A stretch of DNA of 64,000 bases. Source: Salpingoeca rosetta (lineage: Eukaryota; Protista; Choanoflagellata). Below the pieces are notes generated by a model. It was not told the origin of the DNA. It saw only the letters and a program-made list of their open reading frames with translations, and did no database searches. The position numbers and the translations under genes are program-made. The DNA lies in NCBI GenBank assembly GCA_033442325.1, contig JAWQFM010000020.1, positions 667,719-731,718 on the forward strand, read 5' to 3'. Positions 55,701-64,000 of the stretch are shown here, piece by piece (the first letter of the stretch is position 1; the number at the start of each line of letters is the position of its first letter).

Positions 55701-56662
55701 CAACCTTCCTTGGCCTCTCGCCAACAGCTACGGAGGAGGAACGCCGCGCCGCATCCACCAAGGCACAGCGCCGGAGGTGGGCGCTGCTGCTTGAGCCCAG
55801 ACAGAACGTCACCATCAACGTCAACTTTGCGCCCGAGGACACGGGCTTCATCTCCTCGTACCTCCTGCTCGTGAACAACCTCACCATTGTCGAGGCGCTG
55901 CACGTCACGGGCGAGGCCGGCCGCGGCTCGTTTGGCTTCCCAAAGACCCAGCCTCACATCCTCAACGGCACCCTGTCCATGCGCGTGCGCGAGAAGGACC
56001 TGCAGCACTGCCTTCGCGCCGGTGGCCTCACCCAACAGGAGACTCAGCACACGTTCATCTTCAACTTCACTGTTGTGAACCGCGGGAACATGCCCGTCAC
56101 TGTTAGCGACATTGGCGTCAACGGCAACGGCTGCTCCGTCGACGGATTCACCGTGTTCACGTGCAAGCCGTTTGTGCTCCGCCCACGCGAGCACCAGAAG
56201 ATGGTCATTGGCTTCAGGCCCGACTTCACCACGGCCACCGTCAGGCGTTCGCTTCACGTCAAACTCAACAACGTGTCACAGCTCACCTTCCCCATGACAG
56301 CGTGGCTTCCTTCGGACATGCTCGCCCCATGCTTCGCCGCGCTTCCCGGGCCCGCGTGGGCCCAGTACTTCAAGCACACGGTTGTGGTCGGTATTGTCCT
56401 GATTGCCCTTGTTCTAGCCATGATTGAGTACCGGTTTGGCACGCTTCGCATGCACCTCAGCCGCGCAGCAGCGTTTGCCGCGCCCGCCCGCGCTGATACC
56501 ACCGTCACCCAGCAGCAGCAGCAGCAGCAGCAGGAGCCGCCGCAGCCGTCCCAGGCTCGTGGTGCTCGGTCAGCTTCCAAGCCCACCGACGACGCCTCAG
56601 CCTCGGCCTCCTCAGCAAGAGCAGCCGCTCAAGCCACAGTGATTGACAAACAACAGCAACAA

Positions 56663-56697
<35 letters not shown>

Positions 56698-59600
56698 AAC
56701 GTCGCAGCCATCTTCGTCATCGTCCACACGGCGTGGTCAGGCCAAGAAGCAGGCTACTGGCAAGTCATCGTCAAAATCAAAGAAGCGCGGCAATGGCGGA
56801 CGCCGCAGCGGCACATCCTCCGTGTCCAGCGCTTCGCACGATCGCAAGTCTGGCAATGCCAGCAGTGGCACCTCAAGCACCAGCACAAGTCGCACGTCCA
56901 CTCCTCCTGTTACAGCCTCTGCGTCCCCGCCACTCGGTGATGAGCCAGTCCAGTTCCCACCCACACGTGCGGCCGCAGATGCCGGATCTGGCAATAGCGC
57001 GGGCCACGTGCTGACGGGGCCCGTTGACAAGGCGCCGGCGGCCCAGCAAGGCAAAGGGAAGAAGACCAAGCATGCGAAGACGCAGCACGCCGGCAAGCAA
57101 GCGGCGTCCAAAGCGAGGCCAGGCACGCCCGAGACCCTGCACGGGCGCGAGCGCGAACCAAGTTTGCAAACGACGGCGGCCAGTGTCCCGCAACGCTCAG
57201 CCGCAACTGAAAGGAAGAAGCCGCGCAAAGCAGCACACGCACCGGGTCACCCCTCGTCGTCCTCCGCGTCGTCCTCCTCGTCCACCGATGCATCCTCACC
57301 TGCAGCTGCACCAACAGCAGCAGCAGTTCAGCAGCCACCGCCAACACAGACAGACGGCAGCGGCCCCACGACAGAACCTGCCACGTCCACAATCACGCGT
57401 GCTCCTGGTCAGCACGAGCGAGACGATGGCAGGAGAAGTAGCAGCAGCGGTAGCGGCGGTGGTCGAGGCAGCACGAACAGTAATGTTGCCGCGGCTGCTG
57501 AACTGGTTGGTGGCAAGAAGGCTGGCCGTCATCAAGGCAAGCGGCAGTCCAGGGTCCGAGTCAGGCAGGGCGCAGCCCCCGCGCTCAAACAGCCTGGTGC
57601 GCTGCCTGCTGTGCAAAACCACGACGCCCTCATTCGCCAGGCCTTTACCCTCTTTGAGGAGCGGCATCACCTGAAGGCAGCTGACCGTGCTGAAGAAGGG
57701 GGTGAAAAGCCGGCCGAAGAGGCCGAGGATGATGATGGCGAGGAGGCGGAGGAGGAGGAGGATGTGCGCGAACAGACGCATGGTCGTACAGAGGTCCCCG
57801 CCGCAGGCGCCGTTGGCGACCCTGACTACGACGTTCTCACCCGGCATCAGCAGCCGTTGGCGAGCAGTGAGAGCGTCTTACAACCAGATCAGTCCCACGC
57901 CGCACCCTCACCCATGTATGCTTCGGTGGGTAGCCACTTGACCAGCGCTTACGTCAACGATGGCCAGTTACCACAGCAGCAGCAGCAACAGCACAAGGCC
58001 CCGGCAGCACACGGCACCAAGACGTACGCCCAACTTGCTGATGGGCGAGCACAGCCGCAGGCATCTCTGCTGCAGCCTCCCCGTGCGTCTGAGTCGTCAA
58101 CGACTGGCTTGGTTGGGCAGGGCGTTCCTCATGCGCAGTTCCACGAGGGCACGTTTGGCCAGTCGCAGTTTCTGACTTCGCACCAGGAACCGCAACTGCC
58201 ACAGCAACAGGCCCTGGGGCCGTCGCTACCACAGTTGGACGAGCGCTTGGAGGCGGCGAGACACACGGGCTGGCCGATGGCCACGGAGCCTGCCGCGTCG
58301 TCCCAGGCACCAAGCTTCTCGCCCTTTGGCCTGTACTCCTACGACGACAGCCGCACCACCTTCAGCGACACGGATGCCCTGCTGGAAGCGTCGACCTCGC
58401 AGACGGTCATCCACGACCCATTTGCAATGTATGGTGGCGGTAGCCTCCTGGAACAAGGCCCTCACCACACGGAGCCTGTGGCAGCCACCACCACCACTCA
58501 AAGCGCGCACCACGCTCATCAACAACAGCCGCCGCCGCAGCAGCAGCAGCAGCAGCAGTACCAGCACTTCCAGCAGCAAAATTTCCAGCAGCACCAGCAG
58601 ACACAGCCACAGCAACTGCCATCCTCTGCAACCTTTGCCAGCACCAGCACCAGCACCAACAGCAACCTTCGCAGCAGCCATGGCAGGTACCATTACGGGT
58701 ATGGCACGTCCAGCACTGGGCTTGGCCTGCCGAGCGAAGCCTTGGCTTCGGCCATGCAGGAAGGGTGGGACGATCGATCCCTGGCTTCGTCGACGAGTGT
58801 CGCCATGCAACATGCGGATGCTGGGCTTGCCACCTCATCGCCGTCCCTCCCTGCCCGGTATGCGATGGCACCGCCGTACATTCCACAAACGGAGCGGTTT
58901 GCGGAGGCGTCGTCCTCGTCGTCACCATCGACGTACACGTACGGGCACCCTGAAAGCACGGGGTTGTTGGGCCAACAACCAGCGACGAGCTTGTCGGCAC
59001 AGGCATCGTCGAGCACTTCGCCGTTTTTCTCGGGAACCTATGTTCCATCGTTCTCCTCCTCGTCGCACGAGTCGCAGCATCAGCAGCACTCGCTGTCGCA
59101 TGCTTCGTCGACCGACGACGCCTTTTCCCACTACGAGGCAGCCACGGACTACGAGAACTACACAGCCTCTGCCACCTGGACCGAGGGCCTGGCGAATCTG
59201 ATGCCGCAGGTTTCTTCGGACGAGCCGTACGTGCCTACAATTGGCGACGACCAACTCCTTGGCACTGGCGTGTCTTTCTTTGGCCAGGGCACCAGCTCCC
59301 CGTTTTACTCGTCAGTGCCCATGCACCAAGGCACGACGGCGTCTGCCACCTCGTCCGCCCCCGCCTCGAGCCTGCCGTCCACGACCGCAACTGCGTCGTC
59401 TACCGCAGGCCTTTTCACCCGCGAGACGGCCATCTGGTACGTTATCGCTGAGCTTGTGTGTGCGTGCATGTGTGTGTGTGTGTGATGGCAGCCTGTACGA
59501 AAATTGTGCTTGTGATGAGAAATGTGCCTTCATGAGATAGGTGCCTCGTTGTGAGTCACTTGTGCATTGCATTGTGTTTCCGGCTCACCTTCTAATGCGC

Positions 59601-59736
59601 ACATGTTTGACTGTCTGTTTTGGGTAGGGCGTCAAGTGTTCCATGGAGCCAGGGAGCAGGGGACGATGATGAGGAAGACTGGGGCCGTGCCGCCCGGGAT
59701 TTGTTGAACCCTCCTCCTCCTTCTTCTTCCAGTTGA
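48803..59736 (+). CDS. TMEM131: Transmembrane protein 131 (TMEM131/RW1) family
   Basis: Signal peptide. PPTVDFGDQP...HASWFAREVIPPGENTTFSIVFLGRSLG...NPNGLRPY...FYNPHPFPIKV matches the recalled TMEM131 N-terminal domain. Further Ig-like repeats (FVITNPSD, LVNNLT, NRGNMP, FRPDFT), TM HTVVVGIVLIALVLAMI, and a long Ser/Gln-rich tail ending AIWASSVPWS...*. One ~5.1-kb exon (~54318-59437); last exon 59628-59736. Confidence 0.88.
52523..52637 (+). ncRNA. Intronic box C/D snoRNA, copy 1 (putative 18S rRNA 2'-O-methylation guide)
   Basis: Box C TTGATGA 52534-52540, box D CTGA 52626-52629, terminal stem TGCACG..GCA/TGCGTGCA. Guide TTAGCTCTAGAATT (52611-52624) is the reverse complement of conserved 18S AAUUCUAGAGCUAA. 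Confidence 0.82.
52772..52877 (+). ncRNA. Intronic box C/D snoRNA, copy 2 (paralog)
   Basis: Box C GTGAGGA 52780-52786, box D CTGA 52867-52870, terminal stem GTGGCCGT/ACGGCCAC. Guide AGCTCTAGAATT 52854-52865; both guide regions are shared with copy 1. Confidence 0.8.
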
Positions 59737-59824
59737 TCTGCCGGTGTTTTCGCTGCGTCTCCTGTGTTGCGTTGTCGTCCAACTTAGAGCGCAACTAACA
59801 GGTGAACTTCCTCCAATACTGCCG

Positions 59825-59876
<52 letters not shown>

Positions 59877-60570
59877 AACAATGCTGCGTTTCATGTGATG
59901 GTGGTGGTGATGCGATGCATCAGCACCAACAGCCGCACAAGCAACACAGCAACTGCGAGTTGTTTGTGCGGAGCGTCTTCGTGAATGTGTCCTTGATACG
60001 TGCAAGCGTCTTGTCTAAGCTTGCTCGCCATGTGATTCCCTCTCCTCTATTGCTGCCTGTACTCGTCTTAATATTTGATGTCAGCAATGTAAGTAATGCT
60101 CGCGTCCGTCGTCTTATCCTCAGAGAACATTTCGCTAGTTGTGATTGATTTTCGTGTCCTTGTGTACTTGCGAATAAGCCACTGAACAGGCGTGGTGTTG
60201 GTTGCTTGAATCTGTCACACGTTTTCGCCAATGGGTTTGTTGAGTGCGCGCGTGCCTCTTGTGTTGCGTGTGATTTGCGGGATGATGGGTTCCTCGTTGC
60301 GCTGCGTGCGTGAATTGCGTCGTTTATTCATTCGCATCGCGTGGGCATGTGTCAGTGAGCACACCCCAACTTCCTCCCTCAGCGCATACACACACGCGCG
60401 CGCGCGTGTGTGTGGTGACGGCACACGTCGACAGCTGTTGTCAAAACACAAGTAAACTAACATCTCGTACACGTGCACAGCCAAGAAAAATAAAAAGCAA
60501 GAAAAAGAGAGAGAGGGGGGGGGGGGTGGAACATGGGCAGAGGGCAATCATGAAAGTTGATGGTGGTGTG

Positions 60571-64000
<3,430 letters not shown>

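Noticed and set aside
59512-59620. GTGATGA (box C-like) in the last TMEM131 intron
   Set aside because: No box D, terminal stem or recognisable rRNA guide.

Overview
Eukaryotic, GC-rich, very intron-dense genomic DNA. Introns are packed with (CA/TG)n, (GA/TC)n, (CAAA)n and triplet microsatellites, and there are four assembly gaps (8356-8455, 14040-14139, 39844-39943, 46542-46687). The style and the animal-like gene set suggest a choanoflagellate such as Salpingoeca rosetta (inference). Most long ORFs in the supplied track are microsatellite artefacts, so genes were reconstructed by hand-splicing GT-AG exons. Order: Na+/K+-ATPase beta-subunit-like gene (+, 5'-partial); two-EF-hand protein (+); TUBGCP5 (-), head-to-head with GCAT/kbl (+); UBA1 (-), head-to-head with a KH + NYN/PIN ribonuclease (+); Abi (-); BAR-PH-ArfGAP (-); a disordered Tyr-motif protein (-); a small ICAP1/CCM2-like PTB protein (-); TMEM131 (+); and a 5'-partial gene with tandem degenerate dynein-AAA5/IQANK1-like units (-). 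The main non-coding finding is a tandem pair of box C/D snoRNAs in one TMEM131 intron, with a guide complementary to 18S rRNA. All homology statements rest on recalled family motifs, not database searches.
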